The notes: generated by a model not told the origin, from the letters alone. DNA of 64,000 nucleotides from an uncultured Candidatus Saccharibacteria bacterium (GCA_964357175.1 CAYHJU010000002.1:598-64597), one strand, 5' to 3'. Counted from the first letter of the stretch, positions 17,970-27,347 are shown. Numbers and translations are program-made.

Positions 17970-18845
17970 TTAAGGTCGAACACTACAGGTGGTTATGTGA
18001 ACATGTCCTCCTGTTGATTGCGAGGATGCGCTGGCTGGATATCCTGGACAATCAAATGAATACTCATTTTTTATACGAGAAGGACCAACAATATTTCCTG
18101 CTTGTTGCATAAAGCTACAGGCGTTTGACTGAGAAAAACCGGAAAAATCTAGCGCGCAGCCAGTTTGGTGAAATGATCTTGAGCTATGGTATCCCAAGGC
18201 GCCGCTTACTATGCCTCCAAGTTGTTTGGCGACCGGGATCATAGAGATGGTTGCCCCGGAGTTCGTATAAGGCTTATCTTGTCGAACTTGAACTGTTATG
18301 CCTGATATTTGGGTGCAGGCAGAGGCATAATTAGGGTTATCGTATCGACAATTGGATGATCCGCTAAGGCTTGGCTTGGGCGATCCATCAGGGCTACCAG
18401 TATTATTTAAACTTCCTGGCGTAGGTGGCGCTTGGCAGGTGAAAGAGAAAAATCCTCCGCCGCCTGTTGGTTTTGCAAAAATAGTTAAAGCGGTATTTAT
18501 CACCAGCCAGCTGGAGTAGATTATTAACAAAGAAAACACTACGCTTTTTAGAATAGTTTTTCCCGTCTCAAGTCTTGTGGTAGAATCACCGGCTGTAAGT
18601 ATAAAAAACCCGGCGACCGCCACCATTACCGAGGCCAAAGCCGGCGTTACCTCAAAAGTCAGAAAATCATATATATTTTTAGTCAGATGAAGAATTTCGC
18701 AAAAAGTGCAAGGCGTATATCCTTGGGCGGATGTCCCACAAGGAACCAAGGGTAACCAACTCACAGCTGAAACTCCGCCAGCTATTAGGAGTCCAAAGGC
18801 CAAGGTTAGAGCGAAGGCTAAAAATTTTTTATTTATACCCATCAT
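17970..18845 (-). CDS. pilin-like (TrbC/VirB2-type topology) protein with Cys-rich C-terminal extension, hypothetical
   Basis: Signal peptide, then TM pair 'VMVAVAGFFILTAG' / 'ILKSVVFSLLIIYSSWLVIN'. Same architecture as the 3628-4059 product. Poly-Gly linker 'PTGGGGFF'. Confidence 0.4.
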   Translation of the reverse strand: MMGINKKFLAFALTLAFGLLIAGGVSAVSWLPLVPCGTSAQGYTPCTFCEILHLTKNIYDFLTFEVTPALASVMVAVAGFFILTAGDSTTRLETGKTILKSVVFSLLIIYSSWLVINTALTIFAKPTGGGGFFSFTCQAPPTPGSLNNTGSPDGSPKPSLSGSSNCRYDNPNYASACTQISGITVQVRQDKPYTNSGATISMIPVAKQLGGIVSGALGYHSSRSFHQTGCALDFSGFSQSNACSFMQQAGNIVGPSRIKNEYSFDCPGYPASASSQSTGGHVHITTCSVRP

Positions 18846-18903
18846 AATTTATATTTTATCATTTTTAGGCTCCAATGTCGATAAATCTCCGCGCCCTCTA
18901 AAA

Positions 18904-20055
18904 TTAAATTTTCAAAAATAGAAAGAAAGCGGCGGCGGCTGATACTCCGGCAACAACAAACCCCCAGAACATGGTTTTTTTAGGTAAGGATGAAAATTTT
19001 TGAAAAAGGTTATTAGACGAAAATAAATTTTCTAATTTATCCGAGAGCTTGTCCTGCGAAGCGCTTAAATTTGTAGATGAAGAACTTCCAGACTTGAGTC
19101 CGTAGACGTTTAAAAGAGATTCGTTATTGTTTGTATTTGGAGATTTGAATGATGGGATTGCGCCTTGAGATGACGAAGGCCCGCCTATTGGCGGAAAAGA
19201 AGGGTAAGTATAATTTGGGTAAGCCAAGGAGGGGGCGGGAGTTATTTGGGGCGCAGGAGACAAGCTGGCCGACGGGGGAGCCGAATAACTTGGACTTGGC
19301 ACAAAGGACGGCGAGGGTGAGTGTATTGCGCTTGGAGAGGGCGTGGGACTGGGTGAGGGCGATAATAATGCCGAGGGAGACACAGGCGGGCTGGGCGATG
19401 GACTGGGGCTAATACTGGGCGACGGACTGGGGTTTGAAAAAGTATTCTCCTGACCAGGAGTTCCGCCTGTTTGCAAACTATCCTGCCAATTAGAAGGTGT
19501 ATTATTGTCTCCAGCAAGATTTATTTTTGATAAAGATTTTCCGTTGCCATTTCCACCCCAGGCATTTTGATAGATGACTTCATCCAGTGTGTTTCCGTTG
19601 CCATCTATTATTTTTAAAGTAGCGGATGTGTTATTTAAATTTATAGCTGATTTAGTTAAATTCCCAGAAAAAGTTGGATAACTTGTTAGAAAAGTAGATG
19701 TGGCTTGGGCAACAACTAAAAATTCTCCCGGATTAATATTTAACGATCCCATTGTTGGATCGTTTAAATAATGATTTGAGCCATCATAAAATCTAAAAGA
19801 CCCGGCACCTGATCCGGACACGATATTAACCGCGCTGTCGCCTATATTTTTTATCTCTACCCACTCTCTGCCTGTGTCGCTTCCCGGAGATGGTGCGTCA
19901 TACATTATTTCCGAAATTACCAAGCTGTAAGCGCGCGCGTTTAAAACTACAAAATTGCTCAAAGCGCATAAAATTAGAGCTCCAAAAAAGACCCTTTTAA
20001 AACTATCTGCACTTTTCTTATCTGCGTGCAATATTAACGCCTTGGTTTGAATCAT
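18904..20055 (-). CDS. surface protein with lamin-tail-domain (LTD), Pro/Ser-rich low-complexity linker and C-terminal TM anchor
   Basis: 'LVISEIMYDAPSPGSDTGREWVEIKNIGDSAVNI' matches the LTD core. 'PSPSPSISPSPSPSPPVSPS...' linker. C-terminal 'FWGFVVAGVSAAAAFFLFLKI'. Confidence 0.55.
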   Translation of the reverse strand: MIQTKALILHADKKSADSFKRVFFGALILCALSNFVVLNARAYSLVISEIMYDAPSPGSDTGREWVEIKNIGDSAVNIVSGSGAGSFRFYDGSNHYLNDPTMGSLNINPGEFLVVAQATSTFLTSYPTFSGNLTKSAINLNNTSATLKIIDGNGNTLDEVIYQNAWGGNGNGKSLSKINLAGDNNTPSNWQDSLQTGGTPGQENTFSNPSPSPSISPSPSPSPPVSPSALLSPSPSPTPSPSAIHSPSPSFVPSPSYSAPPSASLSPAPQITPAPSLAYPNYTYPSFPPIGGPSSSQGAIPSFKSPNTNNNESLLNVYGLKSGSSSSTNLSASQDKLSDKLENLFSSNNLFQKFSSLPKKTMFWGFVVAGVSAAAAFFLFLKI

Positions 20056-20064
20056 AATAAGTAA

Positions 20065-20616
20065 CTATTTCTGCTGTATGATATTTTGATTATTTTTTAA
20101 ATTATCATGCGCATTTATAGCATCAAAGATATTTTTTTGAAACGAAGCGGGGTCGGGAAGTTCATTAAAAAATATTTCGCCCACTTCGGATGCGGTAGTT
20201 ACGCGTATAGTGCCAAAATTGTAAAAATGAGCAATGACGCCCTTTTGTTCAACATGTATATCTTGTACGCGGTCTATATCACTGATAAAAATTGATTTGG
20301 AGAAAATACCCTCCTGTCTAATTTTTATCACTCGCTCATTGGTTAAAATAAAAGATGTTAAAAAATATTCCAACATTATCATGGTGCCCAAGGCGAGCCA
20401 GTCAATTATTAGCCCGACAGCGATCATGAATCTAAAAATGGGAGCCAGCGCCAAAAGCCAATCATTGGACAGGGTGTCTAGATATAAAGTTGAAGATAAT
20501 AAAATTAATAAAATAATCAAAGTCAACAAATGAGGAAGTATTCTCAAAAAAACACCAATAACGTGTCTATGGGCAGATTTTATAATAATCTCATTCGGGT
20601 TTAAGGTTATTTTCAT
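20065..20616 (-). CDS. membrane protein with bacterial PH domain (bPH_2/YdbS-like)
   Basis: Two N-terminal TM helices, then 'VIKIRQEGIFSKSIFISDIDRVQDIHVEQKGVIAHFYNFGTIRV'. Confidence 0.5.
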   Translation of the reverse strand: MKITLNPNEIIIKSAHRHVIGVFLRILPHLLTLIILLILLSSTLYLDTLSNDWLLALAPIFRFMIAVGLIIDWLALGTMIMLEYFLTSFILTNERVIKIRQEGIFSKSIFISDIDRVQDIHVEQKGVIAHFYNFGTIRVTTASEVGEIFFNELPDPASFQKNIFDAINAHDNLKNNQNIIQQK

Positions 20617-20620
20617 AAGA

Positions 20621-20839
20621 TTAAATTGATCGAATAACTATTAGTAATATTATTCCTAAAAATAAAAATACTCCCGCAAAAATAGAAAAAAACACCATTT
20701 TTTTAGTTAGGGATAAAGTATGAAGATCCCAAAGTAATTTGCTGATATATAAAATGTAAATGAAACAAAACATCAAAAATATCCACGCGGCGTACATCAA
20801 GTAATTTTGAAAAATTTTTATTATATTAAATAAATCCAT
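20621..20839 (-). CDS. small two-TM membrane protein, hypothetical
   Basis: 72-aa hydrophobic ORF between ruvB and the PH-domain protein. Confidence 0.3.
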   Translation of the reverse strand: MDLFNIIKIFQNYLMYAAWIFLMFCFIYILYISKLLWDLHTLSLTKKMVFFSIFAGVFLFLGIILLIVIRSI

Positions 20840-20845
20840 AAAAAT

Positions 20846-21880
20846 TTAGACATTAAAAATATCCTGTTGATTGTTTTTATTTGCATTTTCAAGTCCTAGA
20901 TGTTTGTATCCTAAATCTGTCACCACTCTTCCGCGAGATGTGCGCATTAAAAATCCCAACTGCATTAAGTATGGCTCAAAAACATCCTCAATCGTGTTTT
21001 CGTCTTCATTGGTAGCCGCCGCGATTGCTTGCACTCCGGCAGGTCCGCCGGAAAATTTTTCTATCAATGTGCTCAAAATTTTCCTGTCTGTTGCTTCCAG
21101 CCCCCTTTCATCTATTTCTAAAAGATCCAGTGCTTCCTGAGCTAAATTGGCTACGACCAAATCTTTACCTTTTACTTCGGCAAAATCTCTTACCCTTTTT
21201 AATATTCTATTGGCGATGCGTGGTGTTGAGCGGGAAGAGGCCGCAATTATTCTCAACGCCTCGGGCTCAATGTTTATATTTAAAAGTCGCGATGAATTTT
21301 CCAAAATCTTTTGAATTTCCTGTGTGCTGTAAAATTCCAAGTGCGCGTTTAAGCCAAAGCGCGATCTTAAGGGCGCGGATAATTTCCCGGCCTGTGTGGT
21401 GGCGGCTATTAATGTAAAAGGTTGAAGCTCAAGCTGTATTGTCCTAGCCGAAGGTCCTTTGCCTAAAATTATATCCAAAACTCTGTTTTCCATCGCTGGA
21501 TACAAAATCTCTTCTATCATTTTATTCAAGCGGTGGATTTCATCTATAAATAAAATATCGCCCGCTCCCAAATTGGTCAGTATTGCCGCCAGATCCCCCA
21601 CTTTTTCAATCGCCGCGCCAGATGTTGAATGGAACTGAGAGCCCAGCTCGCGCGCGATAATGTTTGCCAAAGTAGTTTTGCCAAGGCCAGAGGAACCATA
21701 AAGCAATACATGTTCTAGGGCCTCCGATCTTTTTTTGGCGGCATCAATGGCGATTTTTAAATGGGCCTTTACTTTTTCCTGCCCGACATAATGTTCCCAT
21801 TTTTTGGGTCTTAAAATAGTATCAATAGATTGATCTAGGCTGCTATTTTGCGGAGAATTTGGTAATTGTTCTTCCTCCAT
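20846..21880 (-). CDS. ruvB: Holliday junction branch migration ATPase RuvB
   Basis: Walker A 'GSSGLGKTTLANIIA'. Walker B 'ILFIDEIHRL'. RuvB C-terminal winged helix. Confidence 0.9.
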   Translation of the reverse strand: MEEEQLPNSPQNSSLDQSIDTILRPKKWEHYVGQEKVKAHLKIAIDAAKKRSEALEHVLLYGSSGLGKTTLANIIARELGSQFHSTSGAAIEKVGDLAAILTNLGAGDILFIDEIHRLNKMIEEILYPAMENRVLDIILGKGPSARTIQLELQPFTLIAATTQAGKLSAPLRSRFGLNAHLEFYSTQEIQKILENSSRLLNINIEPEALRIIAASSRSTPRIANRILKRVRDFAEVKGKDLVVANLAQEALDLLEIDERGLEATDRKILSTLIEKFSGGPAGVQAIAAATNEDENTIEDVFEPYLMQLGFLMRTSRGRVVTDLGYKHLGLENANKNNQQDIFNV

Positions 21881-22130
21881 GGTTGATTTGGTTTTTAATA
21901 TAATATATAATCTCTCTCACGTATTTTATAAGGCAATTTTGCCACAGGGTGGGCTTAGTCGGAAAATGCTCTTGGGGTTTTAACCCCTCACCAATTTTAC
22001 CAATAATTTAAAGTGTGGCGCGAGGGCGGATAGCCCCGCCCTATTCGGGCAAGCGCCACAAGCTGAAATTTAAGAAAAAATTTAAATTACATCTGGCCAG
22101 CGATAAATAATTGTAAAATTAGTGATGGGG

Positions 22131-22159
22131 TTGACAAGCGTTATTTTCTATGATATACT
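22131..22159 (+). promoter_or_regulatory. near-consensus sigma70-type promoter with extended -10 (TTGACA-17-TGaTATACT)
   Basis: TTGACA at 22131-22136, 17-nt spacer, TATACT at 22154-22159 preceded by TG. No protein gene lies downstream on this strand. Confidence 0.5.
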
Positions 22160-22165
22160 GTTAGC

Positions 22166-22414
22166 AAGATAAAAACCAGCGCTTTTAAACCCCCAGTCGC
22201 CTATCTAAATTCTAAGATTTTTATTCATACAGGTCAATCAGCATACAAAAAATCTGCTTGGTGATCTGCAGATGAGGAAGACGCTCAAAGCGTTTTCATG
22301 GGAAAGTTTTTAGGCCGGATACGCTGGTTCCGACTGGGGTACTCCTCGAAACTTTCCTAAGTCCCGTTATCATTGGCGGGTATTCGTCTGCAGTTTACCG
22401 GGCAGATTTTTTAT
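22166..22414 (+). ncRNA. candidate ~250-nt small non-coding RNA of unknown family
   Basis: Bracketed by the promoter above and a hairpin (tctgc..gcaga) plus T6 terminator at about 22386-22414. The longest plus-strand ORF inside is 13 codons. Contains the long stem ggaaagttt/aaactttcc. Confidence 0.3.
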
Positions 22415-22419
22415 GATTT

Positions 22420-25400
22420 TTATTCTTCTCCCAACGCTCTTTCTACTTCTTCCCAGGTCGTGAGGCCTTTGAGGATTTTAATGATTCCATCCTGCCTTAA
22501 AGTTATCATTCCTATTTCTTCAGCCTTTTTTTCAAGCTCCTGCGACGGGGCTTCTTTTAATATCAATGAACGGAATTCGTCATTGGGAATTAAGATTTCA
22601 AAAAGTCCGATCTGTCCAAAGTATCCCGTGAAATTACAATATTCACATCCTTTAGCTATAGGCGCTTCGTGGGGCTTTTTAATATCTTTAGAAATTTTTG
22701 ACCTAAAGTCCTTAGGTAGATTTTCTAGTTCTTTTTCGGCCACACCCTCTTGCTTGGTTGTTAATTTTTGTGAAACGGAGCATTTTGGACAAACTTTTCT
22801 TACTAGACGTTGAGCGATCGCCGCGTTTATGCTTGAAGCGATGTCAGAAGTAGAAATTTTCATATTGCGTAAACGGGCGATTGTGCCTACGGCATCGTTT
22901 GTGTGTAGCGTCGAAAGCACCAAGTGCCCCGTCAAGGATGCTTGTACGGCGGCTTGCGCCGTTTCCTCGTCTCTGGTTTCTCCGATCAATATAATATTTG
23001 GATTTTGTCTAAGTAGAGACTTTAAAGCAGAGGCAAAAGTATATCCTTTGGACTCATCTACCTGTGTCTGAGTGATTCCTTCAAGCGTATATTCTATCGG
23101 GTCTTCAATGGTTATTATTTTTACATTTGGACTATTTAAGATATTCAAAACAGAATACATCGTGGTCGTTTTTCCTGAACCAGTAGGACCTGTCGAAAGA
23201 AGTATGCCGTTTGGTTTTTTGATTTCTTCTTGAAGCAATGAAAGATTTTCTTCATCAATGCCCAGATCTTTCAAGGTCAAACTGGCGATGCCGCCTGAAA
23301 GTATTCTCAACACAGACGTTTCACCGTAGCCGCCTGGAATTATAGAAACGCGCACATCTTGCGCCTTGTCTTTAAATTTTACATTAAATCTACCCTCCTG
23401 AATCTGATTTTTAATTTCAGTTTTAAGTCCTGAAAGTATTTTTATCTCACCGATTAATGAAGGAAAAACATTCATTGGAATATCGGCTACGTCTTGTAGC
23501 ATGCCATCGACGCGATATCTTATCTTGCCAGTATTTTTTTCTGCCTCCACATGAACGTCAGTGGCGCGTGATTTTATGCCCCCAGCCATAACCAAGGCCA
23601 ATTTTCTTTCGTTTGAAGAATCTTCTATCAATTTTTTCAGGCCATCTTTTTCTTTTAGTGCGTCTTTGATATTTTTCTCTTCATCCTCGGTAATTTTTAC
23701 GCCACGAGTTAAAGTTTGAGAAATTAATTCAGCAAATAAAATTTCGACGTATTCCAATCCACCTACCACTCTATATACTTCATCCAAATCTGTAATACCA
23801 TCAATTACTTTAAAAAGTCCGTCCTGAAGCATTGTCACCATGCCTTGATCTATTGCTGCCATTCTTATGTCAGACGTAGTTGCTCCCCGAAGTGCCAGAT
23901 CCTCCATTTTTTTATCCATCGAAAATATTTCATATATTCCTATCTGTCCCGAATATCCCAAACCAAAACATTTCTCGCAACCTCTGGCTTTCCATGCCCT
24001 GCTAATGCTTTTTGGTATTTCAACTTTAGCGCGGGGGGAGATTATAGAAAAAGTCTTCGTCATTCCTTCCTGAGTTTTTTCGTCGATCTCATATTTTTCT
24101 TTGCAATCAGGGCAAAGCCGTCTTACTAATCTTTGCGCCATAATCACACTTAAAGAAGATGGTAGGGTTTTTTTATCTACACCTAAATCTACGAGTCTGG
24201 GTATTGTGCCAGCCGCTTCATTTGTATGAAGCGTGGAAAGTACCAAGTGTCCGGTCAAGGATGCTTGTACAGCGATAGAGGCGGTTTCATTGTCGCGAAT
24301 TTCTCCTACAAGTACGATGTCGGGATCTTGGCGAACTACAGCGCGCAGTCCGTTGGAAAAAGTATATCCACCCTTTTCGTCTACTTGTGTTTGTACGACG
24401 CCTTTTATTTTATATTCTACTGGATTTTCTACTGTTATTATTTTTATGCCAGGCTTATTTACCTCCTGAATGGCTGTGTATAGAGTCGTGGTTTTTCCGG
24501 CGCCTGTTGGTCCGGTGGTTAAAATCATTCCGTTTGTTTTTTCAAGTCCAAGCCTTAATATTTTTAATGCCTCAGGGCGTAATCCTAAGCTTTCCAATTT
24601 CAATTTAGAAACATCCATCGTCAATAGTCTCATTACGATAGACTCTCCAAAATGTTCAGGTATTATAGAGACCCTGACATTGACGGTATTTATAGTGGTG
24701 CCTTTTTCTTGTATAAAAATCGCAAAGCGTCCATCTTGGGCGATGTTGTGCACATTGATAATCAATTTGGCAAAAAGTTTTACGCGGGAAAGTATTTGGT
24801 TGTAGTTGTCTTTAGAAAACTCCGCTATATCTTGCAAGACGCCATCTATTCTGTAGCGTAATCTCAGAACGTCGTGTTCTGGCTCAAAATGAACATCTGA
24901 CGCCTTGGAGTGAAGCGCTCCAGCCAGTATCGCATTTAATACGTCTGTGATAGATGCCGTGGTTATATGTTTTTTTAAATCCTCTAAGGTCTTTATATTT
25001 TTTTGAAACTCATCTAATTCTGAGCTATCCAAAAACCACTCTTCCTGCAAAGGCGCCGAGGGAGTCACTACGGATTCATATCTTTTCAACCCTATTTTTA
25101 TGGAAGAAGGGGAGGCCAAGAAAGGGCTTATATCAAATCCCTGATCTTTTTTAAGACCCTCTAAGGTTTTTTGAGTGGCGGGGCGCGCAGGATCTTCTAC
25201 CGCTACCCAGATTTTTTTAACTTGCCTTTTTAGGATAATTAAAGCGCTTTCTTCCGCCTCCTCTTTTTTTATCAAAGCCAATGCCTCCAGGTCTATGGGC
25301 GTGTGCAACAAATCAACATAGGGCAAGCCTGCGCTTTGGGCGCGTTCCTGTGTCCTCTCTTCTTCTTCTCGCCTACGAAGCTCCTCAAGTTTTGTTTGTT

Positions 25401-25431
25401 GTTTGGTTTTGCTGAATTTATTTAAAGTCAT
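22420..25431 (-). CDS. pilB: tandem double-ATPase PilB/GspE-family type IV pilus/secretion ATPase (two complete ATPase cores in one 1003-aa polypeptide)
   Basis: Two Walker A boxes (GPTGAGKTTT, GPTGSGKTTT). Two Asp/Walker B boxes (DPDIVLVGEIRD, NPNIILIGETRD). Two His boxes (LSTLHTN twice). Two tetracysteine motifs (CPDC..CEKC, CPKC..CEYC). A single N-terminal GSPII_E_N-like region. Confidence 0.8.
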   Translation of the reverse strand: MTLNKFSKTKQQTKLEELRRREEEERTQERAQSAGLPYVDLLHTPIDLEALALIKKEEAEESALIILKRQVKKIWVAVEDPARPATQKTLEGLKKDQGFDISPFLASPSSIKIGLKRYESVVTPSAPLQEEWFLDSSELDEFQKNIKTLEDLKKHITTASITDVLNAILAGALHSKASDVHFEPEHDVLRLRYRIDGVLQDIAEFSKDNYNQILSRVKLFAKLIINVHNIAQDGRFAIFIQEKGTTINTVNVRVSIIPEHFGESIVMRLLTMDVSKLKLESLGLRPEALKILRLGLEKTNGMILTTGPTGAGKTTTLYTAIQEVNKPGIKIITVENPVEYKIKGVVQTQVDEKGGYTFSNGLRAVVRQDPDIVLVGEIRDNETASIAVQASLTGHLVLSTLHTNEAAGTIPRLVDLGVDKKTLPSSLSVIMAQRLVRRLCPDCKEKYEIDEKTQEGMTKTFSIISPRAKVEIPKSISRAWKARGCEKCFGLGYSGQIGIYEIFSMDKKMEDLALRGATTSDIRMAAIDQGMVTMLQDGLFKVIDGITDLDEVYRVVGGLEYVEILFAELISQTLTRGVKITEDEEKNIKDALKEKDGLKKLIEDSSNERKLALVMAGGIKSRATDVHVEAEKNTGKIRYRVDGMLQDVADIPMNVFPSLIGEIKILSGLKTEIKNQIQEGRFNVKFKDKAQDVRVSIIPGGYGETSVLRILSGGIASLTLKDLGIDEENLSLLQEEIKKPNGILLSTGPTGSGKTTTMYSVLNILNSPNVKIITIEDPIEYTLEGITQTQVDESKGYTFASALKSLLRQNPNIILIGETRDEETAQAAVQASLTGHLVLSTLHTNDAVGTIARLRNMKISTSDIASSINAAIAQRLVRKVCPKCSVSQKLTTKQEGVAEKELENLPKDFRSKISKDIKKPHEAPIAKGCEYCNFTGYFGQIGLFEILIPNDEFRSLILKEAPSQELEKKAEEIGMITLRQDGIIKILKGLTTWEEVERALGEE

Positions 25432-25700
25432 ATGTTAAAATCTAAAAAATTAAATCTCAAATCTTAAACTTAGAATCTTAGCTTAACTGGTTTTTTCTTT
25501 TCAGTAACTTAATAATAACCCAAATGACAGTGGTTTTCAATTTTTCTCGCCGAAGCTATGGTGAAGCGGGCCGGCGGACAGGCTCAGGTCCCGCCCTACC
25601 TTTTAATATTGACTAATTTAGATGATTATGGTAACTTTTTATCAAGTCCTCGGAGCGGTTCCGAGGCGACGGAGTTGTTCCTTAAAAAAGGAGGAAGGGC

Positions 25701-26204
25701 ATGCTAAGTTTCTTGGCGATACACGCACTTGCATTTTCTCTTCTAGCGATTTGGTCCGCATTGGTTATGACGGTTGTTGTGGGTTGTTTTAAATCGGAAA
25801 GTAAAACGCGTAAGCTTGAGATGATTATAGGTTCGTTTACGATGTCTATTCTGGTTTACGTTTTTATAAACGTGTCAGATGTGAAGGGTGGTTTTCGTGA
25901 CTTTTTCGCCTTTAGTCTTGCTCTTTTTCTTTGTAGTTGTGGCGCGCTCATTGGCGATATTCTTCTTCAAAAAAGCGCATCAAGTATCTCAAGTGAACAA
26001 GCGAATTTGCAAGAAGGCTGTTGTGGCGTAAAAGATTGCCGTTGTGGTGACGCTTGTCCAAAAAAAATCGGCGCTCGTCCAGTTTTTCCACCCAATATGC
26101 TCGTTTCCGAGACTGGGCTGAGGCTCGGCGCATATTTTCCGACAAAGGACAAGCCTAAAGACGGCGATCCTCCAAAGAGTGGAAGCGGCGTTGAAAATTC
26201 ATAA
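25701..26204 (+). CDS. membrane protein with C-terminal Cys-rich motif (CCGVKDCRCGDACP), hypothetical
   Basis: GGAGG RBS 8 nt upstream. Three or four TM helices. G+C is visibly higher than in neighbouring genes. Confidence 0.4.
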   Translation: MLSFLAIHALAFSLLAIWSALVMTVVVGCFKSESKTRKLEMIIGSFTMSILVYVFINVSDVKGGFRDFFAFSLALFLCSCGALIGDILLQKSASSISSEQANLQEGCCGVKDCRCGDACPKKIGARPVFPPNMLVSETGLRLGAYFPTKDKPKDGDPPKSGSGVENS

Positions 26205-26212
26205 AAAATAAT

Positions 26213-26256
26213 CCCCCAGTCCTTTTGGTGATAAACCAAAAGGACTGGGGGATTTT
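26213..26256 (+). terminator. rho-independent terminator (14-bp stem)
   Basis: cccccagtcctttt / aaaaggactggggg followed by attttg. Confidence 0.65.
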
Positions 26257-26285
26257 GTTATTTAAAAAAATTTTAACTCATCAAC

Positions 26286-27347
26286 CTACACGCAAGAAAG
26301 TTTTTGTAAAATATCTCTTACTATAAATCTCATATCCTCTTTATTTTTCATCTGTCCGGCGCTGAAAGTAACTGTCTGATTTTGTTCTCGTTCCGAGCGG
26401 TCTTGCCCTGAGTGCGCCGAACCCGTCGAAGGGCCCAAAATGCCCAAAACCTGATTTTTTACTGAGGAAGGGGTTTCTAAAATTCCCAAAACCTGTTGGC
26501 CGGACGGTTCTTGAATTAAAATACACACAAATTTTGATTTAGCGCTTAAATTTTTATATAGATCAAGTATTTCTACCACATCGTCAAAGCTTGTCTGGGT
26601 TTTTTCTAAATCTGATCGAGTAATTACTCCCAAAGTAGTGGAAGACGAAGCATCAAAAATTGTGCGCGCCAGCAGTCGTCCCAAAATCTGTCTCTGATTT
26701 TGTTTGGGAGAAGTCGGAGAAGCCAGAGATGTGGTCTCAGGTTTTAATCTCCAGGAAAAAATATCAGAGACGACCTGTGTGCAATTTTTAGCATCTGAAT
26801 CATTTATAAAAAATCCTGACTTTGTTTGTTTTATATAAGAAGAGTGGCTGATGGTGATAATCGGTTTTTGGGGATAGTCGTCCGGTAGTGATTGCTCTAA
26901 AAAATCGAGACCATCATCGCACAGTACTATGAAAAGATCTGGCGCTTGCTGTTGTAGCGCATTAATTAAAGAATTATTGCTCAGCAGAATGTCGGTTTTT
27001 TTCAGAGGAGATAAAAGTCCCTCAAAAAATATCGTCAGGTCATTGCCATTTTTTTCGTACCTCAATCCTTTAAGATTTTTCTGATTTAAATTTACAGTTA
27101 AGGCCACCTCAGCATTCGCTTGGTGCGGCAGAAGCGTTGAAGAGTGCGAGATTTTTTTGAAAGTTTCTATGTGGCTGTCAGGCAGACAGACAAAAGATTT
27201 TTTATTTTCTTTATGAAGAAGATTAGAGAGAAATCCTGACGCGTAAATACTCTCTTCCTGTGTTGGCGAAGGGATGATAAAAACCTGTTGGCTTTTATCC
27301 AAAATGTCGTTCAATTTATATTTTTGTTCATCTGTTATATAGGGCAT
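26286..27347 (-). CDS. hypothetical protein (degenerate DHH/NrnA-like architecture, not verified)
   Basis: 353-aa ORF. No catalytic DHH or GGGH motifs were seen. Confidence 0.35.
   Translation of the reverse strand: MPYITDEQKYKLNDILDKSQQVFIIPSPTQEESIYASGFLSNLLHKENKKSFVCLPDSHIETFKKISHSSTLLPHQANAEVALTVNLNQKNLKGLRYEKNGNDLTIFFEGLLSPLKKTDILLSNNSLINALQQQAPDLFIVLCDDGLDFLEQSLPDDYPQKPIITISHSSYIKQTKSGFFINDSDAKNCTQVVSDIFSWRLKPETTSLASPTSPKQNQRQILGRLLARTIFDASSSTTLGVITRSDLEKTQTSFDDVVEILDLYKNLSAKSKFVCILIQEPSGQQVLGILETPSSVKNQVLGILGPSTGSAHSGQDRSEREQNQTVTFSAGQMKNKEDMRFIVRDILQKLSCV

Noticed and set aside
21900-22130. RNase P RNA, SRP RNA or tmRNA in the ruvB-pilB spacer
   Set aside because: No P4 (GGAAAGUCCGG / ACAGAAnCCGGCUUA), SRP domain IV (GGUCAGGUCCGGAAGGAAGCAGC) or tmRNA 3' tRNA-like signatures were found on either strand. 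Only generic GC hairpins (ggcgcgagggcggatagccccgccc) are present.
22373-22813. 146-aa plus-strand ORF overlapping the 3' end of pilB
   Set aside because: It is antisense to the pilB C-terminal domain with no motif support. The promoter at 22131 more plausibly drives a short non-coding transcript that ends at the 22386-22414 terminator.
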